Assembly (NCBI RefSeq): GCF_001194135.2
Contig: NC_068983.1
Span: 16,706,896-16,770,895 of the forward strand
DNA from: Octopus bimaculoides
Taxonomy: Eukaryota
Direction: 5' to 3'
Length of the DNA stretch: 64,000 bases
In this document: piece by piece, positions 25,296 to 37,556 of the stretch
Position numbering within the stretch: the stretch's first letter is position 1
Layout: the number at the start of each line of letters is the position of its first letter
Made by a program: the position numbers and the translations under genes
The notes under the pieces: model-generated
The model's database searches: none
Told to the model about the DNA's origin: nothing
What the model saw: only the letters and a program-made list of their open reading frames with translations

Positions 25296-27404
25296 TTAGT
25301 TGAATAAGTACTGCGCTTGTTTTGTCTTTGAGGATCACTCTTGGTCAAGTAGATAAAAAATGTGTGCATGTATGTGTATAATTTATAGAATACTTTCTAC
25401 TGTTGAAACAAAACTATTATGATAGTTATGAGTAGTCTTTTCTACTTTAGGCACAAGGCCCGAAATTTTNNNNNNNNNNAGTTGATTAGATTGACCCTAG
25501 TATGCAACTGGTACTTAATTTATTGAACCTGAACGGATGAAAGGCAAAGTCGACCTCGGTGGAATTTGAACTCAGAATGTAAAGACAGACGAAATACCGC
25601 TAAGTGTTTCGCCTGGCGTGCTAACGTTTCTGCCACTTTATGATAGCTATGAGTATTACATTAGCTATAGTACTGTTGTTGTAGATATTGTAGCTAAGTA
25701 ACTTCAGAATGCTAAAATGGCTAGTCATAGTAGTTCTCTGTTGTTCAACATTGAGGATTGTGTTCAATAAATGAAATTACTAACTCCTGAAATAACATGC
25801 CAATGTCTGCTTAGTCTACAGACAGGTGTTCTCTTAACATAATTCTTAAGCAGAATCAACAAGGTATAAAGTATGTGTGACAAGGCTGTACCTTATGAAT
25901 TACAGGTACAATCCACCTGATGTGCTTTGATGTAGTTTCCAGCTACCCAATTTCACTCACAAGGTATGGGTCAACCCAAGACTATACAAAATGTTCTCAA
26001 CCTTTTCACTAGCAACAACACCCTTTATTTAATCCTTTAGTATTTAAACTGACCATATCAAGTCCAAATATTGTACCTTGTTTTATGTTCAATTCAGCCA
26101 GATTCAGCCTCTTACATCTACCCTGCAATGTCATTTTGAAAATAAACAATCACTTCATTGATATTTTGAAGCTACAAGGTAATGCATGTTTAATTCAAAA
26201 TAATGTGAATATATAAGCGTTACATTTGACAGATTAATCTGAATGCTAAAGAGTTCAGTGAAATTTCCTACAGATCACCAGTTTCTGAAACACAACATAT
26301 TTTGAACTCAGCTTATGGACTTCAGTACATTTCTGTGGACACCCAAAAGATTGCAGAATTCAGCTTATGAACTAATTATCTACAAGCTAGATAGACATGG
26401 CCCTCTTTCCCTTCAGTTCCCATATCTTTGATATTCTTTTGAGTGAAAGGTGCAACAGTCTAGAGGATGTTTGATTCTGCTTGTGATTACTTGGGTACCA
26501 CAAACAAGAGTGAGGGCATAACACATCAGAAAGAAAGTCTTTCCTTCTAGAAGCTGTGTGATTAAAAAGCTTACTTCCCAGCAATATGGTTCCTGGTTCA
26601 GTCCCACTGTGTGGTATGTTGGGCAAGTCTCTTCTACTATAGCCCTGGGTCAACCAAAGCCTTCTGAGTAGATATGATAGATGAGGCCTGAAAAAAGCCT
26701 ATTTCATGTACATATACATGTATGTCTGTGTTTATGTCGCCTTGTCTTGACATCGCAGGATAGTTATAATTAATTGTCACTGTCATACAAGCAGTATCAT
26801 TTGTTTCCAAAATTCTGCAAGATCATGTTTGGTCATGAGGAAATATTACCTTATTTGGAAACAGGTTTAGGTGTATGACAGGAAGAGAATATGACCGAAG
26901 AAAGTCTGCCTCAATAATCTTCATCTAACCCATGCAAGTATAGAAAACTGGGTATTAACGATGATGATGAAGGCACACTTGATATTGAGCACTGAGATTT
27001 AGACAGAGTTATTACTGGTACTACTTATTCTGTTAACCCACACTGACTCCAGATGAAGCATCCTTTAGTTAGTCTGTCAACTCAAGAATACATAGCCAAT
27101 TAAATGGGTGTTATCTTATGTCCTAATAACTTAGAAGCTCAGCAAAAGAGACCAATATAATAAGTTCAAGCTTTAAAAAAATAAGTACTGGGGGCAATTT
27201 GCTTGAGTAAAATCCTTCGAGATGGTTCCCCAGCATGGCCATAGTCCAATGACCGAAACTAGTAAAAGATAAAAGATAGCTAAGGAAAAATCTGGTTTTT
27301 GTTTGCCAACAAAAAGACAACTCTAGACATGTTTCAGTTTTATTGGAGATCAAGCTCACATGATTAATCAACAAAGGATTTTTGGCCAGGAATAATTTAC
27401 AGTG

Positions 27405-27724
27405 GTGGAGGCGCAATGGCCCAGTGGTTAGGGCAGCGGACTCGTGGTCGGAGGATCATGGTTTTGATTCCCAGACCGGGCGTTGTGTGTGTTTATTAAG
27501 CGAAACACCTAAGATCTACGAGGCTCCAGCAGGGGATGGTGGCGACCCCTGTTGTACTCTTTTGCCCCAACTTTCTCTCACTCTTTCTTTCTGTTTCTTG
27601 AGTAACGCGGCGATGGACTGGCGTCCCGTCCAGCTGGGAGGGGGGGGCGGACACATACGCCATAGTAACCGGGAAACCGAGCCCATGAGCCTGGCTAGGC
27701 TTTGAAAGGGCGACGAAGATGAAG
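27405..27724 (+). mobile_element. Full-length tRNA-headed SINE, head A + tail 2, 13-bp TSD
   Basis: TSD ATAATTTACAGTG at 27392-27404 and 27725-27737; tail gcgatggactggcgtcccgtccag...gaaaccgagcccatgagcc. Confidence 0.92.
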
Positions 27725-28048
27725 ATAATTTACAGTGATCTAAGGCAAATAACTCAAGTGACTCAATGATATGGATTTAGATATATCAGGTTGTGGGTGA
27801 TGTACTGAATGATCTATACAAAATATTCCCAAATAATTGAAATTTCCATGTTAAAAAAAGAAAACAAAAATAGAGGTAGTTGTTGGTGACTGTCAAAGAA
27901 AAAGGGAAAATAATTTTTAGAAATATGAAATTAATTTACACATCAAAGAGAAAAATCTGATCCTTGTTTACAGGTAAGAGGGATAAATTTGGACAAATTT
28001 TGCTCTTGAAACTTGTCAAAATCTCAAAACAGTCTTGCATAGATTATA

Positions 28049-28087
28049 CTATGCTGATGAGATCTAATAAGACTGAAGCATGTCTAG
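28049..28087 (+). ncRNA. Hammerhead-like motif in a Penelope-like repeat
   Basis: ctatg-CTGATGA-gatctaataagact-GAAG-catg-TC-tag, then AATAAA ~20 nt later; same family as 22167. Confidence 0.45.
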
Positions 28088-28149
28088 AATTGTCTTCTTG
28101 CTAGCAAATAAAGATCAGGTTTTCTCCTTAAGTGTCTTTTATCTTTTAC

Positions 28150-28505
28150 TTATTTCAGTCACTTGACTACAGCCATGTTGGGACAAATTCCTCAAAGAGT
28201 TTTAGTCATAAAAATATCACCCTCATTACTTAACTCTAGTGTTCATTCTATCAGACTCTTTTGCCAAACCACTATGTTAAGGAGACATGAACAAACCAAC
28301 ACCGGTTGTCAAGTGGTGATGAGGGACAACATGTAAAGACACATATATACACATACACACAGTTTGTATCTACCAAATTCACTCACAAGACAATGTTTGC
28401 CCAGGACTGTTGTAGGTGCTTGCCTAAGGTGCTGTGCAGTGGGACTGAACCCAAAACTACATGGTTGCAAAGCAAGCTTCTTAACAACACATCCATGCCT
28501 ATACC
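28150..28505 (-). mobile_element. SINE family X
   Basis: Reverse copy of 43706-44155. Confidence 0.75.
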
Positions 28506-29856
28506 TAGAGGCACCTATAAGCATCTTTTACTTGTTTCAATCATTAGACTGTGGCCATACTGAAGCACAACCTTGAATATGCAATTATATTTTGGAAACT
28601 ATTTCTCCTTTCCATTTAGAGTTGATAATTATTGTTAGATTTTCCTTCCCTTTCTTTTTTTTTTTTGCTTTCNNNNNNNNNNAGAGGAATATAACTTTAT
28701 TGAGGATTTCTTTTGTAGGCAAATTTATACCATTTATCTGCTAGAGTTAATTCCTTTACGGTATTCAACTCATGTTCATGAGGTTACAAGTTCAATTCCT
28801 AGACCATACAGTATATTGTCCTTCAGAATGTTTACATCTCAGTCACTTAGCGGTTCAGCAAGAGAGACCGATACAATAAGTACTAGGCTTACAAAGAATA
28901 AGTCCTGGTGTCAATTTGCTCAACTAAAGGCAGTGCTCCAGCATGGCTGCAGTCAAATGACTAATAGAAATAAAGGGAAAAAAAAGAAAATACTAACATT
29001 AGCAGATGGAAAATACAACTGGAGGTTGCTGTGTGTATCTGAAAAGCTCAGAAAGAAGTGGTAGACCTTCATTGTGTAACAGATAGGGAGCTGGTAATTG
29101 AGGAACCAAGAGGAAAGATGGATGAATGCTTAAGAGAGGATGGGCAATTTGATACATAGGGTGAGAGCAGGAGAGACTATCTTACAACTGTTGATACTGC
29201 TTGACTTAATCATCATCGTCATTTAACATCCGCTTTCCATGCTATCATGAGTTGGACAATTTAACTGAGGACTTGCAGACCAGGTGGCTACACTAGGCTC
29301 CAATCTGATTTGGCAGAGTTTCTACAGTTGGATGCCCTTGAATGAGACAAAGTAGGTAGATATTGGATGTTGTGTTGGTGGTGGTGGTGATAGTGGTGGG
29401 GGTCAATGATGACATGAGGATTATACTGTTCTTTCGACTCAAGTCACCCATGATCATGTAGATCTATGACCAAAAGACCTCTAGTCACCTCCCTATATTT
29501 AATTTTTTTTTCTTTCTACAGATATAGCCTATATAAGACTACCTTATCCAATGTGTCTTTCTTTTTTTTAATTCATAGGGTGTGATTTAACCCTTTTATT
29601 GCACAAATCAGATATGTTCACTTAAAATTTCATTACCTTTAACTGCAGAAAGTAGTTTATATATAAATCTATCTTTTATCATGGAATGTCATGTTTAAAA
29701 CCAATTTTTGTTGAGATATGTCAAGTTTATTGTTTTTGGTAGATATTTAACATAATTGCTGGAAGAAACATGAAATTGAATTTTATAGTTAAAGAATTAA
29801 GAAAGTTTTGGCTGCAGTTTCTAGATCATTGTGTGCAACAATGTAGAGGCTTAATT

Positions 29857-30086
29857 GGTGCTGGTGCCACATAAAAAGCACCCAGTACACTCTGTAGAGT
29901 GGTTGGCATTAAGAAGGACATCCAGCTGTAGAAACCAAGCCAAAACAGACTATGGAACCTGGTACAGCACCAGGCCTTGCCAGTTCCTGTGAAGCTTTCC
30001 AACCCATGCCAGCATGGAAAACAGATGTTAAATGTTGTTGTTGATAATGATGATTATGATGTTGATGACAATGATGATGATGATGA
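29857..30086 (+). mobile_element. RTE 3' end (family Y) ending ~63 nt upstream of the exon 3 acceptor
   Basis: aagaaggacatccagctgtagaaacc...acccatgccagcatggaaaacagatgttaaatg-(gat)n. Confidence 0.85.
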
Positions 30087-30150
30087 CAACAATCTTTTGT
30101 TTTCAAAGTACTTATTTTCTGGGGTTTTTTTGTATTGATATATTTTTCAG

Positions 30151-30251
30151 AGTCCAGACAGTTTATGCCACAAAAATTGTATAGATGGCTGTCATGGAGA
30201 AACAGCATTTGACTGTAAAGCTTGTAAATACTTCAAATTAATTTCAAATGG
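30151..30251 (+). CDS. Convertase exon 3: first Cys-rich (FU) repeat
   Basis: tttttcag|AGT acceptor phase 0; SPDSLCHKNCIDGCHGETAFDCKACKYFKLISN(G); GG|gtgagt donor. Confidence 0.93.
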
Positions 30252-30359
30252 GTGAGTAATGTGTCTCTGCTTTTGTCATTTACTCTTGTAATGCATTAAT
30301 TTCTTTTCCAACTACTACTACTACTTCTATCACCACCACCACCACCACTATTACTACTA

Positions 30360-31470
30360 CATGGTGGTGGATTGGTAGAATGTCTAGAGCATCAGGTAAA
30401 AAAAAAAGCTGTGTGGGATTTCTTCCAGTTATGTATGTTCCAAGTTCAAATCCCACTGAGATCAACTTTGCTTTTTATCAGGTCTAATCAAATAACACCT
30501 CTTTTACCTTAAAATCTGCTGGCCTTGTGCCTAAATAAAAAACAATTAGGTGAGCTGGCAGAGCTGTTAGCATACTGGGCAAGATGCTTAGTGACATTTC
30601 GTCTATCATTATGTTCTGAGTTCAAATTCTGTGTTGGTAAACTTTACTTTTCATCATTTCAGAGTTGATAAAATAAGTAAGTTGAGCACTGGGTCGATAT
30701 AATTGACTTACCTCCTACCCGAAAATTGCTGACCTTGTGCCAAAATTAGAAACCATTGTTGTTGTTGTTGTTGTTGTTGTTGCTGTTACTGTTGCTGTTG
30801 TTGTTGTTGTTGTTAGCTGGCAGAATCGTTAGCATGTCGGGTGAAATGCTTAGCTGCATTTCGCTTGTCTTTACATTCTGAGTTCAAATTCTGCCATGGT
30901 TGACTTTGCCTTTCATCCTTTCAGGGTCAATGAATTAAGTACCAGTTGAACACTGAGGTCGATAAAATCGACTAGTCCTCTTCCCCCAAAATTTCAGGCC
31001 TTGCGCCTTTAGTAGAAAGGATTATTATTATTACTGTTGTTATTATTTAGGCAGTGTGTTGGCAGAATCAATAGCATGTTACACAAAATGCATAGATTCA
31101 GCCCAGCTTAACTTTGCATTTCATCGTCGGGTGGGGGGGGGGCATTAAAATAAGTACCTGTTGAATATAGGAGGCAATGTAATCTACTTACCTCCTTCCC
31201 CAAAATTATTTGCCTTGTGGCAAAATTTTAAATTATTATTATTGTTATTAAAGTGTGGTTGATTGGTAGTCATTAGAGTGATAGAAAAAATACCTTGTGG
31301 TATTTCTTCCAATTCTTTACATTCTGAGTTCAAATTCTGCTGAGTCAACTTTGCCTTTTATCTTTTTAGAGTCAAAAAATTACATTAATATTTAAGTACT
31401 GGGGTTGGTGGTATTGTCCAACCACCTGTCCTCAAAAAATTGCTGACCATTTGCCCAAATTAGTAACAGC
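30360..31470 (+). mobile_element. Train of five head-to-tail SINE T copies
   Basis: Five gttcaaat...ctttgc/actttc...aagtacc/t units separated by (gtt)n or (att)n. Confidence 0.85.
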
Positions 31471-31584
31471 ATCAATCATAAAGCAGCCATAGCTTATTTT
31501 TCAATTATTAAATATTATTCTTTGAATATGGTGATTTATTGAATAGCTTGAATTGTTTACCATTTGTTTCTTAACCTTAAATGT

Positions 31585-32200
31585 AGCTGGTTGTGTGGTA
31601 AGAAGTTTGATTCTGAAGCACCTTTCTTGGATTCAGTCCCACCGCATGGCACCTTGGGCAAGTGTCTTCTACTATAGCCATGAACCTACCAAAGCCTTGT
31701 GAGTGGATTTGGTAGACAGAAACTGAAAGAAGCCTGTTTAATGTGTGTGTGTGTGTGTTTGTGTTTATGTCTGTTCCTCACTGTCACTTCATAACCAGCA
31801 TTGATTTGTTTACATCCCTATAACTTAGTAGTTCAGCAAATAGCATTGATCAAATAAGCACCAAACTTTAACCCTTTAGCATTCAGAATATTCTGTCAAA
31901 TATAATGCCTTATTTATTCACATTGTTTTGAAGTTATCTTGCATTATCTTGTAGCTTTGAGATTTCAATGGTGTGATTGTTTATTTTTACAAGGACATTG
32001 TAGGGTAGGTGAGAGCCTGGATCTGGTAGTTTGAACATAAAATAGGTAGAATATATTGGCCAGATATGGCCTGTTTAAATGCTAAAGGGTTAAAAAAAAA
32101 AAAGAACAAATAAGTGCTAGGTTGATTTATTTGACTAAAACATTTTTGGGTGCCCCAGCATGGCTGCAATCCAGTGACTAAAACAAATATAAATAAAAGA
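31585..32200 (+). mobile_element. SINE family X split by a piggyBac-like MITE
   Basis: Head at 31585-31867 resumes at ~32100 after the MITE. Confidence 0.75.
31868..32093. mobile_element. piggyBac-like MITE with TTAA TSD
   Basis: TTAA-CCCTTTAGCATT ... AATGCTAAAGGG-TTAA. Confidence 0.9.
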
Positions 32201-32770
32201 TATATCTTCTGTTATTTGAAGCCACTGAGAAAGTAAGCCATTATATCTGGTTCAAGAGAAAGGATGAACGGTGTGCAAGAACAAGCATTGAAGAGGGTAG
32301 AAACATCTGGCCTAGAGTCACAAAATCTGACTCAACAAAGCTTGTGCTGTTGTGTGGGAGTTTTGTTGCTTGTATCAGTTGGTGGCCCCACCCTACCACC
32401 CCAGACAGCTCTGGTATCATAGTGGAAGGGGACAAAACACCTACAGAACTGCCTTCCCACCTGATGATACATCAACTACTGCATTTGGAGACAGATTACA
32501 GCAGCACCTTCAATACACAAGTGTTTACCCTTAAATCACCTATATCAGGGGTCCTTGACGGGTACCCCCATCCTGGGCCAGAGCAGACAAGAAGTTAATG
32601 GTGACTAAGAGATGGCTCTATACTCCCCCAAACTTCTCACTACTAAATGCAATTTAATATCTTGCTCAGGTTCACTAAATACTTACACAACATTGCAACT
32701 GGCAAAATTCCAGTATTTTCCAGTCATGTTTCATATTCTAAACTTCTCACTCTTTTCTATTTGTTTCAAG

Positions 32771-32910
32771 GGAATGTGTTTCATCTTGCCCGAAAGGTTT
32801 CTATGGTAACCCTGAGACACAAATGTGCCATCACTGCATAGATCAGTGTCAACTTTGCAATGGACCACTAGTGACTAGCTGTAAATCATGTGAAGATGGA
32901 TCTTATATGG
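32771..32910 (+). CDS. Convertase exon 4: FU repeats 1-2
   Basis: tttcaag|G acceptor; ECVSSCPKGFYGNPETQMCHHCIDQCQLCNGPLVTSCKSCEDGSYM; G|gtaatg donor. Confidence 0.95.
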
Positions 32911-33302
32911 GTAATGTATAACTTCTCTCTCTCTATATGTGTGTGTGTGTGCTCACTTCTAATAAAAACAATTTTATATTAATTTGATGAGTTACTCTAT
33001 ATTATTCTTCAACAAGAATATTGTTAGTAGTGACTTCAAAGTTTCTGATGATGGCTTAGCTGACCAAAATTTCAAAGTCACTGTCAACAACATTCATGTT
33101 TGAGAATTATAAATAAAAATATATATTTATATGTATGTGTGTATTCATACATGTGCGCACGCACACACACACACACCCTCTCTCCTACCTTGAATTAGTT
33201 CAGATTTGGAGTCACTGCTTTCATAGCCTGATTACCTGTAGTTCAGTGTGCAGAATCCATGTTCCATTCCTTCCTTTCATTTTTTTGACATATATAAACT
33301 GT

Positions 33303-33530
33303 GAAGGCACATGGCCTAGTAGTCAGGATGTTACACTCACAATTGCAGGATTGTGCTTTCTAATCCCAGACTAGCAGTGCATTGTGTTCTTGAGCAAAAC
33401 ACTTCATTTCACATTGCTCCAACCTACTCAACCAAAAATAAGTAACCCTGTGCTGGTGCTTCATTCAGTGAGGATGTTGGCCGATCCACCTTGTCAGCAG
33501 GGTGGTATTATTTGAAAGCTACAACAATGT
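33303..33530 (+). mobile_element. tRNA-headed SINE (head B)
   Basis: ggcacatggcctagtagtcagg...cttgagcaaaacacttcatttcacattgctcc. Confidence 0.7.
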
Positions 33531-33918
33531 CGGGGGTTGTATTGTGACCGGGACAGGCACTAGGAAGTTTGGGGCCCAATTAGAGAATTGTCAATAAGGT
33601 CCTCTACTCTATAAAAGCTGAAGATTGATGTTTTATATTTCATGTAGTGTGTCAATCCCAGCTAAAAAGCATTGAAGGCTTGAGGCTCCACTATTTACCA
33701 TAATGATATACTAAAAATTTATCATAGTGTCCTCTGCTTGAAAATGTGTGTGAGGCCATCTCTTGGCACAGAGCCTAATTTGAACAAATCTATATAATTG
33801 GCTTAAATCCAACCCTGGTTGTGATCTGTGGTGTATAACAACATCTAATAGTCTACTTGATACTGTGATACTGTAATAAACAAATTGTTTTAAACTGCCA
33901 TCTTATTTTCTTTTACAG

Positions 33919-34078
33919 ACAAAGCCGACCAGAAATGTAGCCCTTGTAAAAATCCCTGTGATACTTGTCAACATAATGCCAGCAACTGTACTTCATGTTT
34001 GAAAGATTACAGACTGTCTGGAAACACATGTATACAGACAAGTGTGTGTGCCGCCTCTGAATACCGTGTCGATGGAGA
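33919..34078 (+). CDS. Convertase exon 5: FU repeat 3
   Basis: ttttacag|AC acceptor; DKADQKCSPCKNPCDTCQHNASNCTSCLKDYRLSGNTCIQTSVCAASEYRVDG; GA|gtaagt donor. Confidence 0.95.
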
Positions 34079-34125
34079 GTAAGTAGCTCTTTAAAGGTTT
34101 TGTGTTTGTGTGTGTATATTTGTGC

Positions 34126-34410
34126 CATCATCATCATTTAACATCCACCTTCCATGCTGGCATGGGTTGGACGGTTTGACAGGAGCTGGCCAGGCAGAAG
34201 ACTGTACCAGACTTCTGGGTCTGTGTTTGGCATGGTTTTACAGCTGGATGCCCTTCCTAACACCAGCCATCCTGCAGAGTGGACTGAATGCTTTTTATGT
34301 GACACCAGCAAGAAAATGTCAGCTTTGGCATGGTTGTTACAGTTGGATGACCTTCCAAATGCCAACCACTTTACAGTATGGACTGAATGCTTTTTAAGTG
34401 GCACCAGCAC
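34126..34410 (-). mobile_element. RTE 3' end (family Y) starting 47 nt downstream of the exon 5 donor
   Basis: (cat)n-ttaacatccaccttccatgctggcatgggttgg..., the reverse complement of the 29857 copy. Confidence 0.85.
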
Positions 34411-34757
34411 TGACAGGGTTCTCTAGTAACTTGCAAGACAAAGAACCTTTGAGCGGAGTAATTCCATTTTGATGAACTAAAAATATACTCAGAAAGATAG
34501 TTTACTTCTATGTATATGTATAAATACAAATCTTATCTTTTACCTTCTACGTGTTTCAGCTATTAGCCTGTGGCCATGCTGGGGCACCACCTTGAAGAAT
34601 TGTAGTCAAATAAATCAACCCCAGTATTTACAATTTTTTTTAAAGCCTGGTACATATTCTATTGGTCTCTTTTGGGAAGCACTAAGTTACAGTGGCATAA
34701 ACACACCCAACACTGGTTTTCAAGTGGTGGGGATGGGGAGCAAACAAAGATGCACAC

Positions 34758-34790
<33 letters not shown>

Positions 34791-35536
34791 NNNNNNNNNN
34801 NNNNNNNNNNNNNNNNNNNNNNNNNNNNNNNNNNNNNNNNNNNNNNNNNNNNNNNNNNNNNNNNNNNNNNNNNNNNNNNNNNNNNNNNNNNNNNNNNNNN
34901 NNNNNNNNNNNNNNNNNNNNNNNNNNNNNNNNNNNNNNNNNNNNNNNNNNNNNNNNNNNNNNNNNNNNNNNNNNNNNNNNNNNNNNNNNNNNNNNNNNNN
35001 NNNNNNNNNNNNNNNNNNNNNNNNNNNNNNNNNNNNNNNNNNNNNNNNNNNNNNNNNNNNNNNNNNNNNNNNNNNNNNNNNNNNNNNNNNNNNNNNNNNN
35101 NNNNNNNNNNNNNNNNNNNNNNNNNNNNNNNNNNNNNNNNNNNNNNNNNNNNNNNNNNNNNNNNNNNNNNNNNNNNNNNNNNNNNNNNNNNNNNNNNNNN
35201 NNNNNNNNNNNNNNNNNNNNNNNNNNNNNNNNNNNNNNNNNNNNNNNNNNNNNNNNNNNNNNNNNNNNNNNNNNNNNNNNNNNNNNNNNNNNNNNNNNNN
35301 NNNNNNNNNNNNNNNNNNNNNNNNNNNNNNNNNNNNNNNNNNNNNNNNNNNNNNNNNNNNNNNNNNNNNNNNNNNNNNNNNNNNNNNNNNNNNNNNNNNN
35401 NNNNNNNNNNNNNNNNNNNNNNNNNNNNNNNNNNNNNNNNNNNNNNNNNNNNNNNNNNNNNNNNNNNNNNNNNNNNNNNNNNNNNNNNNNNNNNNNNNNN
35501 NNCTGCATTACTTTTGGATATCCTTGTTGCTTATTT

Positions 35537-35571
<35 letters not shown>

Positions 35572-35683
35572 CATAGACACACATTGAGGGATACGCATGC
35601 GTAGACACATACAATAGGAATACAAAATACAAAATGGCTGATAGTTAGCAAGGTGAGACACACATAAGAAAGAAGAAAGCAAA

Positions 35684-35728
35684 GGACCACTGATGAGGTC
35701 ACAGAAATGTGACGAAAGAATTCTGGCC
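35684..35728 (+). ncRNA. Minimal type-I hammerhead-like motif (best-preserved core)
   Basis: ggacca-CTGATGA-g-gtcaca-gaaa-tgtgac-GAAA-gaat-TC-tggcc; perfect 6-bp stem II. Confidence 0.55.
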
Positions 35729-36555
35729 GAAATAGGATTAATGTAATATAATGTAATATAAAGCTGAAGCAAATTAACACCAAATATACAGTGCGTGTGT
35801 TTTTATTGGCTAAATTGGCAATATGACCATCCCCAAGTACAACAACATATTTATATATATTTACATATGTGTGTGTGATGAGTTTCTTTCAGTTTCCATC
35901 TATGAAATCCACTCACATGATTTTGTTTGGCCCAAGGTTAGGTTATAGTAGAAGACATTTGTCGAAGGTGCGACAGTGAGACTGAACTTGGAACCATATG
36001 TTTGGGAAGCAAGCTTCTTACCACACAGCCACACCTTATACCTATATAGTCATATATACAAAAACAATTTATGCATATATACTTATAGGTACAGGTTTGG
36101 CTGTATGGTTAAGAAGTTTGCTTCCCAGTCATTTGGTATTAGGTTCAGTCCCTCTGCATGGCACCTTGGGCAAGTGTCTTCTATTATAGGGCGAGGCTGA
36201 CCAAAACCTTGTGAGTGGATTTGGTAGATGTTAACTAAAAGAGGCTCATTTATGTATATCTATCTATTTATATATATATATATACATATATATATAGTGA
36301 TATATTATTCAGGTGGGTACTATAAGACCTCTCAGGTAGTCTTTGTTCTGGCTAATCACATCAAGTAGTAAGAAACACCAAGAACTACTAAGGGTGAGCA
36401 ATTCCATTGTAATTCTTCTGATGGGTGAATCCATGTCCACTTCCCTTCCCCTTTGTGAACCACTAAATTACAGTGTTGTAAACACACCAACACCGGTTCT
36501 CAAGTGGTGGTGGGGGACACACACAGACACAGACACACACACAGATATATATATA

Positions 36556-36588
<33 letters not shown>

Positions 36589-36697
36589 GATAGATACAAG
36601 AATAAGGGCAGAGAATCGTCAATTAATAATAGAATTAATAATTAACAATTTTGCCAAGTAGTTCAGTATGAAAAAAACCTTTATCGGTAAAACTATT

Positions 36698-37192
36698 TAT
36701 CATCATAAATATACAGGGATTAGCAATTGAGTTGCTTCTCCAACATACTGAAAATTTAGAAATAGCAGTCAAAGAACTACTGATTCCAAACTACAAATTT
36801 TTCTCTAAAGCGGATGGCGATATTTATGGCACACATAGAACAAAAAACCGGAGGGAAAAGNNNNNNNNNNGGGAAAAGCGTAAACAAACCAAGCCTTAAG
36901 TTAATTGGATACGAATCGTTTCATGGTTAAGTGAATGGAAATTTCACTAAGATTGGAATAGTGAAATTTCCATTCACTTAACCATGAAACGATTCGTATC
37001 CAATTAACTTAAGGCTTGGTTTGTTTACGCTTTTCCCTCCGGTTTTTTGTTCTATGTGTGCCATAAATATCGCCATCCGCTTTAGAGAAAAATTTGTAGT
37101 TTGGAATCAGTAGTTCTTTGACTGCTATTTCTAAATTTTCAGTATGTTGGAGAAGCAACTCAATTGCTAATCCCTGTATATTTATGATGATA
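36698..37192. repeat. Perfect palindrome: 234-bp arms, 9-nt loop
   Basis: 36959-37192 is the exact reverse complement of 36698-36949 once the 10-N gap and duplicated gggaaaag are removed; loop agattggaa. Confidence 0.9.
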
Positions 37193-37556
37193 TATAGATA
37201 GATAGATAGATAGTGTATATCTCTATGTGTGTGTGTGTCTGTGTTTGTTCCCTCACCACCACTTGACAACCAGCATTAGTGTGTTTATGTCCCCATGACT
37301 TAGCCGTTCAGCAAAAGGGGCCAATAGAATAAGTACAAGGTTTTAAAAAAAAAGAAAAAGAAGTCCTGAGGCTGATTTGTTCAACTAAAACTTTGTGAAG
37401 CAGTGCTCCAGTATGGCCACAGTCAAATGACTGAAACAAGTAAGAAACAAAAGATATCTTCACTTATTTGTGTACAATCTTTGTCTGAATAAGCTTTTGA
37501 TTTGACCTGACAATCTTACCTGTTATAATAAATTCTATTTTTTTCATCTTTTGCAG

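Noticed and set aside
4362-30150. Nested gene or additional convertase exon in the 25.8-kb intron
   Set aside because: No exon-like segment with protein similarity found on either strand by eye; flanking exon phases already match. Gaps could still hide sequence.
33030-33080. CTGATGA followed by tgg...cca and aaat
   Set aside because: No GAAA, and the stem I pairing is offset from the core; too degenerate to call.
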